Source: the human T2T-CHM13v2.0 reference genome, Homo sapiens. From it: a stretch of DNA of 64,000 nucleotides. The stretch lies in assembly GCF_009914755.1 (NCBI RefSeq), contig NC_060935.1; one strand, given 5' to 3'. Position numbers and translations under genes: made by a program. Below the pieces are notes generated by a model. It saw nothing but the letters and a program-made list of their open reading frames with translations. It searched no databases and was not told the origin of the DNA. Positions 14,960-26,090 of the stretch are shown here, piece after piece. Numbering within the stretch: position 1 is the first letter of the stretch; each line of letters opens with the position of its first letter.

Positions 14960-15299
14960 CTCTAGGGTATATACCTAGTAGTGGAATCATGGAATCTCCT
15001 GTAGGAAAACTGTCAATTTAATTAGATTACAGTAAAAATTTTCCATGTGGTTAAATGAGTTAACATATATAAAGTACTTGAAAGAGTACCTAGCACTGGT
15101 AAGCACTGTAATCATAACAAGATTTAAGTATGAACCAATTCATAGTCCCACCAACAGTTTATATGAGTTCTTATCATTCTGCATCCTCATCAATACTTAT
15201 ATTTCTGCAAATCTGGGGCATAAAATGGCATCACATTTACTTTGCATTTTCCCAATTAAAGATAAGCAATTTTTAATGTTTATTGTCCATTTGTGACTT

Positions 15300-15946
15300 T
15301 GTAACCACCCAGTGGGTTCTTCCTGTCCACTGCACAGATGAAACCAATTCACTGTGACCATGGCATTGCAATAAAGAAAGAGTTAATTGACATGAGGCTG
15401 GACATGCCACATGGAAGATGGTATTATTAATCAAATTAGTCTTCCCCAAAATTCAAAGGCTAGGGTTTTTCAAGAATAGTTTGATAGGCCAGGGAGTCCA
15501 CTTCTGGGTGGGGCCACAGGACTGATTTGGGGGTCCGGGTGGAGCCATTGTTCACTGGAAGTGTAAAATCCTGAAAAGACATCTCAAAAGGCCAATCTTA
15601 GGTCCCACAGTAACAATGTCATCTGTAGGAGTAATTGGGGAAGATACATATCTTGTGACCTCCAAAATAATGACTAGTGATTATTTATGTCTACAGCTTA
15701 GCAGAATTCAAGCTCCTCCTCTCTCTAAACTTGTCATCTTTCATTAGCTTTACAAAGGCAGTTTAGTTTTGGGAAACGTCTATTATTTAAACTATAAACT
15801 AAATGTATCTTAAAGTTAGCTTGGCCTAAGCCCAGTGATGATTAAAGAAAGTTTGAAGGTTAAAGGCAAGATTGGGGTTGATTAGATCAGATCTCTTTCA
15901 CTGTCATAATTTTCTCACTGTCATGATTTTTGCAAAGGTGGTTTTA
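15300..15946 (-). mobile_element. LOR1-like ERV1 solo LTR
   Basis: Reverse complement starts taaaaccacctttgcaaaaatcatgacagtgagaaaattatgacagtgaaagagatctgatc and ends ggttaca. Confidence 0.75.
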
Positions 15947-16351
15947 ATTTTTGTCTGTGAAGTGCTATTACCTTTTGCCCTATTTTTTCTGTTATCTTTT
16001 TCTGATTTTTAGGAATTAATCATCCTTATATATTTGTAGAGTAGTGCACTGTCAATTATATGTTTTATAAAATACACATTCCCAGTTTGGGGCTTGTCTT
16101 TTTTTATGTTGTCTTCTGATGAATAAAAGCTTTAAACTCAAATGCAGAATGTGCCAACCTTTCCTTTTTGGCTTGTGTTTTCCCAACAAAAGTTCATTAC
16201 GATATACATGTTTTTTCTTACAGATTTAAAGTTTTAGAATGATTCTAAAAAGTAACCTTAAGTCAGATAAAGCCACATGTAAATCTAAAATTCAGTTGCG
16301 TGTCATTTTTGATATCTGTAAAAGTTACACAGTCCAAGAAAATGAAAGAAT

Positions 16352-17293
16352 GGACACAGGATTATTTGGTGCTGCTTCACTAGCTGGAGACCTCCACAAC
16401 TGGCAATGTCCTTGCCCGGGCCTTGTTTGGCCCTGGGGTTGCCACTGGAAATACCCCACCCACTGAGCCCAAAAGGCTGCCCTTGGCTTGCACTCCATCC
16501 CAGATCCTGCTCTCACCATGGGATTTGCACTCAGCCTCCAGCTAGGTTGGGTGTGCTGTGACCTGCTTCTGCTTTGGGTACCAACATCTGGATGAGGGGA
16601 ACATGGTGGCTATCAAAAAACTTGGAGACACCAGCAACTCTGAAGCCCCAAAGGGGGTGTTACAGTGTGTTAACAGCTCTTTCAGTCCCACTGTCTGCAG
16701 CCTGATGAATGGGGGCATGTGGCACCCAGTGGCTCCCTCTCCCATTGCTTGGCAAGTGGGAGAGACGTGCTACAGGGTTACAGCTCTGTTCACACTCGCC
16801 ATTCTGTGGGTCTCGAGTTCTTGTCCCATTTCTAAGAAGAATGAGGTTATCTGGCAGCTGGCGGGTGAGCAAGGCAAATAATTTTGAGTGATGAAACAGC
16901 TCTCAGTAGAAAGGGGGACCCAAGTTTGGCAGTTCCCTACCCGAAGTTGGGTATTCTCCTCTTCCCAAAGGTGAGCAGTCCCAAAGTGTGGCTGAGTTTG
17001 GGGCTTTTATGGGCTCAGAATGCGGGAGTGCATGCTGACTGGTTTGTGAGTAAGCAAAAAAGGCTAAAAAAAAAAAAAGGCACCACTGAAAGATGGGCAC
17101 AACAGTATTGAAAACCAATTAGGGAAGGGTAGGTCTATGTAAAATAGGTGAAGGGTGGGGATCAATCAGAGGAAAGCATGCCAAATGGGAAGAGAACTTC
17201 TCAATCTGGTCTGTGGATTTATCCGAGACTTGTGGCTTGGTTTTCAGGCTTTAAACTGTCTTTGGCTTGAAGGTCAGGTTTCACTGGGGACCT
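16352..17293 (-). mobile_element. ERV1 LTR of the MER52/LTR27/LTR28 group
   Basis: GC-richer block; reverse strand has ggtccccagtgaaacctgaccttcaagcc at the 5' end, tgtaacaccccctttggggc internally and atcctgtgtcc at the 3' end. Confidence 0.65.
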
Positions 17294-17317
17294 TCATCAG
17301 AATGAAGAGTCCATTTT

Positions 17318-18072
17318 TGAGGGAAAACAAGTTTTTTCTTCCTACTCTCACATTCAGCACAGGACTCTTCTTTGGCCAGATGTGTCGGGGGGTTTTCTTC
17401 CCACACCAAGTAATTCTTTGTGGACATCAAATAGTTGTGCCCTATACTTTATTTCAATTCAATTTGATTCTGATACTGTCTACCTAGAGATAGTTACAGG
17501 TTGTAACCTGTGCATCTGACTAACCTGCTATAAATTGGGGTTTCCATGACCCCCTCCTGCCCCTTGACCTTAATAATGTGCTAGGGTGGCTCCCAGAACT
17601 TGGGAACACTTTACTTATAATCACCAGTTTATTATAAAGGATACAGATGAACAGCCAGATGAAACGATGGATAAGTCAAGGTGTGGGGGGAGGGTGCAGA
17701 GCTTCCCTGCCCTCTTTCTGTGCCACCCTCCCAGCACCTCCACGTGCTCAGCAACCTAAAGGCTTGCCAAATCATGTTGAAGAGTTTTTATAGAGCTTGT
17801 TTTTCAGTGCTGACCAACCCCCACTGGGTGGTGCTGAAAGTTTCAAGCCTCTAATCCTCCAATCACTGTCTTTCTAGTGACTGGATTCTTCCTGAGGCTA
17901 TCTAGGAATGCCACACTAAGTCATGTCATTAACATCAACTCCAGTGTGATCTGAAAGAAGCTCATTCTGAATAACAAAAGACATTCCTATCACTCAGGAA
18001 ATTCTAAGGGTTTTAGGTACTTTGTGACAGGAACCTCAGACAAAGACCAAATATATTTCATATTATACTACA
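17318..18072 (-). mobile_element. MER21-like LTR
   Basis: Reverse strand begins tgtagtataatatgaaatatatttggtctttg...aaaacccttagaatttcctgagtgatagg. Confidence 0.75.
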
Positions 18073-18474
18073 CCATTAATTTCTATTAAAGTAGAAAAAC
18101 TCTAATGAGCTCCAAGCAGAATTTTAAATGCCAAGCAGGAAAATTCATACTGAAGGGGAGAAAATATAATTTCTTTTTCAACCCTCATAAATTCTTAGTT
18201 GAGACACTCTCCTGAAAATTCAGATTAACAAAAGAAAAACCAGCAGAGGTTTACTGATGTGTGCTGTACACACGACATGGGAGAGGCCTCAGTTCAAAAG
18301 CATCTCTCAAGGTTTAAGAGACTTGCTTAAATAGTATTTTAACAAAGAACCATAAATCCTATAAAAACAAAACAAAGGAGAATGCAGTTCCAGACTTGTA
18401 AAAGGTGGGAAAATGTGGGAAGGTAGTAGAATCTGTCCCAGTGTTAAAAAGTTTAGCCTAAAGCCTCCTCTTTA

Positions 18475-19920
18475 TGAAACTGCCATCGCAAAACTGTAAC
18501 TGAGATAGTCAAAGAGATCTGACCTACCAGCTCCATCTTACTTCTAACTTTCAAGCTGTCCTTGTTCATTCCTGGGTGTAGGCTGAACTAACTTTGGGAG
18601 AAACTTAGTTTATAGTTTAAAATGTAACCTCCCAATGGGCTCACCTTGCCTGCTGCCTAGACAGAATTGATTTATCAAGACAGGGGAATTGCAATAAAGA
18701 AAGAGTAATTCATGCAGAGCTGGCTGTGCGGGAGACCGGAGTTTTATCATTACTCAAATCAGTCTTTCCGAGCATTCGGGGATCAGAGTTTTTAAAGATA
18801 ATTTGGTGGGTAGGGGCTTGGTAAGTTAGGAGTGCTGTTTGATCAGGTTGAAGATGGAATCACAGGGGGTCAAAGTTAGGTTCTCTTAATGTCTCCTGTT
18901 CCTGGGCATGACGGTGGAACTGGTTGGGCCAGATTACCGGTCTGGGTATCAGCTGATCCATCAAGCACAGGGTCTGCAAAATATCTGAAGCGCTGATCTT
19001 AGGTTTTACAAAGGTGATGTTATCCTCAGGAGCAATCGAGGTGGTTCAGACTCTTGGAGCTAGAGGCTGCATGACCCCTAAACCGTAATTTCCAAACTTG
19101 TCGCTAATTTGTTAGTCCTGCAAAGGCAGACTGGACCCCAGGTAAGAAGAGGGTCTTTTCGGGACTAAATTTGTTTCAGAGTCAAACGATGAACTGAATT
19201 CCTTCCCAAAGTTAGTTCGGCCTATGCCCAGGAATAAACAAGGACAGCTTAAGGGTTAGAAGATAGAGTCGGTTAGGTCTGATTTCTTTCATTATCATAA
19301 TTTCCTGAGTTACAATTTTGCAAAGTCGGTTTCAAAAATAAAGAGGACAACGGCCCTTTCCCATAACAAACCCCCTCTTGCCTGGGGACTAGACTGCCTT
19401 TGTGGAACAAAGTAGCCAAAAGATTAGAAATTATGCTTTAGAAGTCATGAAGCTGGAGGCTACAAGATTCTGATTGCACCACTCCCCACCCCTTCCTACC
19501 CCCCCAGATTGCTCCTGGGGATAAAAGCACTGTTGTAAAACCAAAGATCAGTGCTTGAAATATTTTGCAGACCCTGCACTTCATGGATCAGCTGGCACCA
19601 CCTAGATCATAAACTGGCTTATCTGATCCTGTGGCCCCCACCCAGGAATTGACTCAGCACAAGAAGACAACTTTAACTTCCTATGATTTCATCTCTGACC
19701 CAACCAATCAGCACTCTCGACTCACTGGTCTTCCTTCACCCACCAAATTATCCTTAAAAACTGATCCCCAAATGCTCAGGGAGACTGATTTGAGTAATAG
19801 TAAAACTGGTCTCCTGTACAGCCAGCTCTGTATGAATTACGCTTTCTCTATTGCAATTCTCCTGTCTTGATAAATCGGCTGTCTAGGTAGTGAGCGAGGT
19901 AAACCCACTGGGTAGTTATA
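18475..19920 (+). mobile_element. LTR8-family (LTR8A-like) solo LTR, interrupted
   Basis: tgaaactgccatcgcaaaa...aagctgtccttgttcattcctgggtgtaggc; ends cccactgggtagttata; TSD ttta/ctta. Confidence 0.8.
18623..19334 (-). mobile_element. LTR8 solo LTR
   Basis: Complete tgtaacc...gcaaagtcggtttca (reverse: tgaaaccgactttgcaaaattgtaactcaggaaattatg); TSD aaaa. Confidence 0.85.
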
Positions 19921-20121
19921 CTTACAAATTTTAGGTTTGGCCTAAAGGTTTCTCCCTACGTAATAAACTGTTACCTAACTGGGTGAGGAAACAGATTGTA
20001 ACCTACTGTTGGGCCAGTCACTAAGTTTTGTCCCATCAAAGGTGGCCAACTGTTCAAACCATTTTCAAATAAGGCAAAAATCTAGCTGTAACCAATCTGG
20101 CGATTTCTATATCTTACTTTT

Positions 20122-20269
20122 GAGGCAGGGTTTTACTGTGTCACTCAGGCTGGCGTGCAATGGCACATATTCGGCTCACTGCAGCCTCAATTTTCTGGGC
20201 TCAAGTGATCCTCCCACCTCAGCCTGCCGAGTAGCTGGGACTGCTCAGTGTGAGCCACCATGCCTGGCC
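20122..20269 (-). mobile_element. Monomeric Alu (FRAM-like)
   Basis: Single right-arm-type monomer with J/FRAM features (ggatcacttgagccc, ggctgcagtgagc); TSD ttactttt 20114-20121 / 20270-20277. Confidence 0.8.
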
Positions 20270-20525
20270 TTACTTTTGTTTTCCGTACATTCTTTTTCTG
20301 CTCATAAATCTTCCACTATGTGGATGCGCTGGAACCTCTCTGACCCTATTCTGGTTTGGGGGGATACCCAATTTGCAAATTTTTCATTGCTCAATTAAAC
20401 TTTGCTGAATTTAATACGTCTAAGGTTTTTCTCTTATCACTAGATTCTTCTGGTGCCTGCTCATGCCTTCTCTGGGCCAATAAGCAAGTGCCATTTTCCA
20501 GTAAGGAAGGATTATATCCTGCTAT

Positions 20526-21252
20526 TGCTACAGAAGGGCTGGGCTCCCTGCTAAACTCCACCCTCAAGCCAGGAAACTTGGCCCTAAGTGAAAACAGCTG
20601 ACCCTGATACAGAAGGGCTGGGCTCCTGCCTAAACTCCACCCTTCAGCCTGGAACCTTGGCCCTAACTGAAAACAACTGATCCCAGTTTTCCACCCAAAT
20701 TATTGCCTTTTTGGCCTGCCATGCCCCTATCCTGTGCCCATAAAAAGACTTCAGCTAGCAGCTGATGCAAATGATTGGGGTTACCAGCTGCTGAGTGTCG
20801 GGGCTGCGTGCTGCTGAGCAGCTAGCAGAGAAGCAGCATTGAGTGTCAGAGAACACAGACATGGCTAACTTCACATCATGTGGCTTCAAGGAAAGATCAC
20901 CTTCTTCCTGCACACCATCCCCTTTCCAACTCCCATCCCACTGAGAATCGTCACCCAATAAAATCCTCTGCATATACTACCCTTCAATCCGTTTGTGTGA
21001 CCTAATTCTTCCTGGACGCCAGACAAGAACCTGAGTGACGAGAGGGCAGGGGCTTGGATGCTGTGGGGCCTGCACAGAGCCTGCTCCCACCAGAGAAGAG
21101 TGACTGGCCAGTTCCAGCATTCATTCCCTCTTGTTCCCACACTCACTTGTATGCACACACCCTCTTGAGAGGAGTGGCCAGTGGCAGGCTGAGTGAAACG
21201 AGCCACTCCAGTTCCTGCCCATGAAGGGGGTCAAGGGAACAATCCCATCTCA
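20526..21252 (+). mobile_element. LTR1-family ERV1 solo LTR with duplicated 5' 79 bp
   Basis: tgatacagaagggctgggctcc...ccctatcctgtgcccataaaaag...aataaaatc...gggtcaagggaacaatcccatctca; TSD ctat. Confidence 0.8.
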
Positions 21253-21654
21253 CTATCAGGCATATTGAGGCAGAGCGTTCTCCTGTGTTTTCAGTGTCAT
21301 TGACATAACAATCCTCAATATTTTGGGGAGAAATATTTTGGTTTTCTTTAATACAAACACACTTGGGATGTTCCTATGTGGGTAGGCTTTGGGGGAAGAT
21401 CACCGGGGCATGGCTTGCAAAGCAAAAATCACAAATGCATTTAAGCTCAAATTAGGCTTAGAATAAAGGACTATGTGTAGAAGGTATAGTGAAGTCACAG
21501 GCTTTGCATAACCATAAATGTACTAACTTTGTTTTGCTACTAGTCACTCCTCTATGAAATGATTGATTTCTGACTGCTAGCAATCTTGACAAATCTCATA
21601 TGTTACCTGTCTGTAGATGCTTTTTCTTTTTGTTAAACACAAGATTTGTCAGTC

Positions 21655-22177
21655 AGTAACCGAGTACTCCACTTTTAAATTTTTCTTTCTACCTTCCTTT
21701 TCCCTCCTTACTTAGTAACAAAATTATAACCTCTTCCCACTAGGCACCTCACCCCCTGCAGAATGTTTCCCTTATCTAATTATATGCTTGCTTAGAAGTT
21801 CCAGGAACTGAAACTTCAAACAATCTGGCACCAACAGAATTCTCATCCACCAGGAGATTACCTCAAGGCTGCAGTTAATTAACCTGATTGTGCCTGGGAT
21901 GGCATCAGCTCATTCATCAAATGAGACAATAACACGTAAGTCGTTGGAACAAGTCACATAGACCAGCACCTCCTTGGCCCTCCTGCATGCCCCACATTCC
22001 AAGCTCCCCTTTTTAAGCCTTTGTGTTTTTTTGTCCAAAATTTAAAATGATTTAAGATAGGAGCCTGGACCATTTCCCCATTGCTAGCTTTCAAAAATGA
22101 AGTTACTTTCCTTCCACTGTTCCTCCTTGTTATTTAGTTCTGCAAGCAGTGATCGGTTGGACCTGCATTCAGTTACA
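21655..22177 (+). mobile_element. ERV1 solo LTR (subfamily uncertain)
   Basis: gtaaccgagtactcc start, ...gacctgcattcagttaca end, LTR-like size. Confidence 0.55.
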
Positions 22178-22195
22178 AATTAAAAGGTCATTGTT

Positions 22196-22662
22196 TAGCA
22201 AAGATATGAAATCAACCTAAATGCCTGTCAATGGTAGACTGGATAAAGAAAATGTGGTACATATACCTCATGGAATACTACACAGCCATAAGAAAGCACA
22301 AGATTATGTCCTCTGCAGGAACACTGATAGAGCTGGAGGCCATCATCTTTAGCAAACTAACGCAGAAACAGGAAATCAAATACTCCCATAAGTGGGAGCT
22401 AAATGATGAGTACACTTGGACACAAAGAAGGGAACAGCAGACACTGGGGCCTACGTGAGAGTGGAGGGTGAGAGGAGGGAGAGGATCAGAAAAAAATAAC
22501 TATTAGACCCCAGGCTTAGTAGCTGGGTGATGAAATAATCTTTTCAACAAACCCCCATGACATGAGTTTACCTATGTAACAAACCTGCACATGTACCCCC
22601 AAACCTCAAATAAAAGTTTTTTAAAAGACAAAAATGATTAGTTGGAGAAGAAAATGGAGGGG
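22196..22662 (+). mobile_element. 5'-truncated L1PA13/15-like element
   Basis: ORF2 C-terminal remnant (WIKKMWYIY.MEYY) plus 3' UTR; 13-bp TSD aaaggtcattgtt 22183-22195 / 22663-22675. Confidence 0.85.
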
Positions 22663-25600
22663 AAAGGTCATTGTTGTTATTCATAGAAAAGTATTTGCAT
22701 TTTTTTAGGAATTCACCAATTTCAACTGACATTTGTTTTTAATAAAAAATGTACATGTCCTGAGAGACTGAGCAAGATGGCAGAATAGAAGCCTATACCA
22801 TTTGTCCCCTCTGCTGGAACATCAAATTTTAACAACTATCTGCACACAGAAAAGCACCATCATAAGAACCAAAAATCAGGTGAGTAATCACACTACCTGG
22901 TTTTAACTTCATATCACTGAAAAAGGCATTGAGGAAGGCAGGAGAGACCGTTTTGAATCTCCAAAGTCACGCACACCCCCGATTCCCCTATAGCAGCTGT
23001 GTGGCACAGAGAGAATCTGTGCACTTTGGAGAGTGAGAGCTCAGTAACAGCATCAGTTGAACTCATTGCTGCCCGTCACAGTGGAGAATAAAGCCGTGCT
23101 GGGCTCAACCAGTACCCACGCATGGAGGGAGCATTTGGACCAGCCTTAGCCAGAGGAAAATTGCCCATCCCAGTGGTCAGAGCTTGAGTTCCTTGGGAAG
23201 CCTCCCTACCATTTGTCGAAGTGCTCTGGGGTGCAAGGGAAACTTGAAAGACAGTATAGGACACAGGACTGCAATTCCTAGGCAACTCCTAGTGCTAGGC
23301 TGGGCTTAGAGACAGTGAACTAAAGTGACATGTGACTTAGAGAAACACCAGCTGGCATAGCTAAGGGAGTGTTTGCACCACCCCTTCCCAAACTCCAGGC
23401 AGTGCAGCTTGCAGCAATGAAAATGACTCCTTCTTTCTGCTTAAGGAGAGGAGAACAAAGAGTAAAGAGGATTTTGTCTTGCATCTTGGATACCAGGTCA
23501 GCCACAGTAGGATGGCAAACCAGTCAGAGTCATGAGGCCTCCATTTCAGCCCCTAGCTCCTAAATTACATTTCTACACACCCCCTGTGCCAAAAGGAAAC
23601 CTACTTACTTGAAGGGAAGGACTCACTCCTGGCAAGATTCATCACCTGCTAACTACAGGAACCTTGGGCCCTTAATAACCAGCAGTAATACCTAGGGAGT
23701 ACACCATGGACCTTGGGCTCTGAGATGTGCTGGCTTCAGGGGTGATCCAGCACAATCCCAGCTGTGGTAGCTATTGTGAAAGACTCCTGTTTGGGAAAAG
23801 CAGAGGGAAAAGTAAAGGGGACTTTGTCTTGTATCTTAGGTACCAGCTCAGCCACAGTGGAGCAGAGAAACAAGCAGATTCTTGTGGTCCCTGAGTCCAG
23901 GCCTAGGCTCCTGGAAAGAACTTCTGGAAATTCCCTGGGTGAGAGGGGAGTGCACTGCCCTGAAGGGTGAGTCCGAGGCCTGGCAGCATTTACCATCAGC
24001 TGATGGAAGAGACCTTGGGCTTTAAGTGAACATTGGTGGTAGAGTGACAGAACCCTCCACAGACCAGTAGTGGCGGTGGCCACAGGGTGAGGCTCCTCTG
24101 CTTGTGGAAAGGTGAGGGAAGAATGGGAAGGACTTTGTATTGTGGCTTGAGTTCCAGCTTAGCCACAGTAGACTAGAACATTAGGAAAATTGCTAAGGTT
24201 TTTTATTCCAGTTCCTGGCTCCCAGACAGCATCCTGGACATACCTGGCTTCTGGGGGAACTTGCTGCCCTGAAGCAAAGAGTCTTGGGTAAGGTATAGTA
24301 CTGTGCTGGCTTCAGGTCTGACCCAGTGCAGTCCCAGTGTTGGTGGCCACAGGGGTGTGTATATCACCACACCCCCAGTTCCTGGTGGCTCAACACAGAC
24401 AGACTTTGTTTGAGAGAAAGTAAAGGGAAAGAACAAAATTTCTGCCTTGTAATCCAGAGAAATTTGTCAGATCTTATCCAAGACCACCATGGTGTATCTC
24501 TATAAGCATACAAAAACACAGCATTATTGGGCTTGGGGCCCAAGTTTTTTTGAATACCTGGAAAGCTTCTCAAGAAGGACAGGGACAAATAAGCTCAGAC
24601 TATGAAGACTACAATAAATACCTAGTTCTTCGATGCTCAGATACCAGCAATTATCTACAAACATCAACACCATCCAGGAAAGCATGACCCCACCAAATGA
24701 ACTAAACAAGGCACCAGGAATCAATCTTTCAAAAACAGAGATGTAAGACCTATCAGATAGAGAATTTTAAATAGTTTTTTTTTTTTAGATAGCTCAAAGA
24801 AATTTGAGATAACACAGAAGGAATTCTGAATTCTATCAAATTCAATAAGGAGATTGAAATAATCAAAAATAATCAAGCAGGAATTTTGGAGCTAAAAATG
24901 CAACTGGCATAATGAATAATACAGCAGAGACTCTTAATAGCAGAACTGATCAAACAGAAGGATTAGTGAGCTTGAAGACAGGCTATTTGAAAATACACAG
25001 TCAGAGGAGACAAAAGAAAACAGGTGAAAAAACAATGAAGCAGGCCTACCAGGTATAGAAAATAGCCTCAAAAGGGCAAATCTAAGAGTTACTAGCCTTA
25101 AAGAGGTGATAGAGAACAAGATAGGGTAGAAAGTTTATTCAAAGGTTAGTAACAGAGAAATTCCCAAACCTAAAGAAAAAGGTCAGTATCCAAGTACAAG
25201 GTTGTAGAACACCAAACAGATTTAACCCAAAGAAGATTACCTCAAGACATTTAATAATCAAACTCCCAAAGGTCAAGGATAAAGTATCCTAAAAGCAGGA
25301 AGAGAAAAGGGACAAATAACAAACAATGGTGCTCCAATACATCTGGCAGCAGGCTATTCAGTGGAAACCTTAAAGGCTAGGAGAGAGTGGCATGACATAT
25401 TTAAAGTGCTGAAGGAAAAAAATACCTTTTACCTAGAATAGTATATCCGGTGAAAATATCCTTCAAACATGAAGTAGAAATAAAGACTTTCCCAGACAAA
25501 GAAAAGAGGAGAGCTTTCATTAATACCAGACCTGTTCTACAAGAAATGCTAAAGTCAAGTTTTGAATTTGAAAGAAAAAGATGTTAATGAGCAAGAATAA

Positions 25601-25785
25601 ATCATCTGAAGGTACAAAACTCACTGGTATTAGTAAGCGCACAGAAAAACACAGAATAGGATAACACTGTAATTGAGGCGTGTAAACTACTCTTGTCTTA
25701 AGTAGAAAGACTGAATGATAAGCCAATCAAATATAATAACTACCACAACTATTTGAGGCATAGACAGTACAATAAAACATAAAGA

Positions 25786-26090
25786 AGCCAGGTGTGGTGG
25801 CTCATCCCTGTAATCCCAGCACTCTGAGAGGCCAAGGTGGGTAGATTGTTTGAGCCCAGGAGTTCAAGAACACCCTGAGCAACAGAAATCCTGTCTCTTT
25901 AAGAAATACAATAATAATAAATTAACCAGGTGTGATATTGTGTGCCTAGAGTCCCAGCTACTTGGGAGGCTGAGGTGGGAGTGTCACTTGAGCCCTGGAG
26001 GGTGAGGCTGCAGTGAGCTGTGATCATGCTGCTGCTCTCCAGCCTGGATGACAAAGCAAGACCTTGTCATTAAATAAATAAATAAATACA
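25786..26090 (+). mobile_element. AluJ inserted in the L1MA inter-ORF region
   Basis: J-type ttgagcccaggagttcaag and gaggctgcagtgagctgtgatc; (taaa)n tail; TSD acataaaga. Confidence 0.9.

Larger units (their letters stand above)
18442..20439 (+). mobile_element. MER57 solo LTR (interrupted)
   Basis: tgttaaaaagtttagcctaaagc | cttacaaattttaggtttggcctaaaggtttctcc ... tctaaggtttttctcttatca; TSD ccag/ctag. Confidence 0.8.
18151..21350 (-). mobile_element. MER34-group ERV1 solo LTR split in three pieces (18151-18441, 20440-20525, 21253-21350) by nested insertions
   Basis: Pieces read continuously once inserts are removed; reverse 5' end aaagaaaaccaaaatatttctccccaaaata; 4-bp TSD atac at 18147-18150 and 21351-21354. 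Confidence 0.65.
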
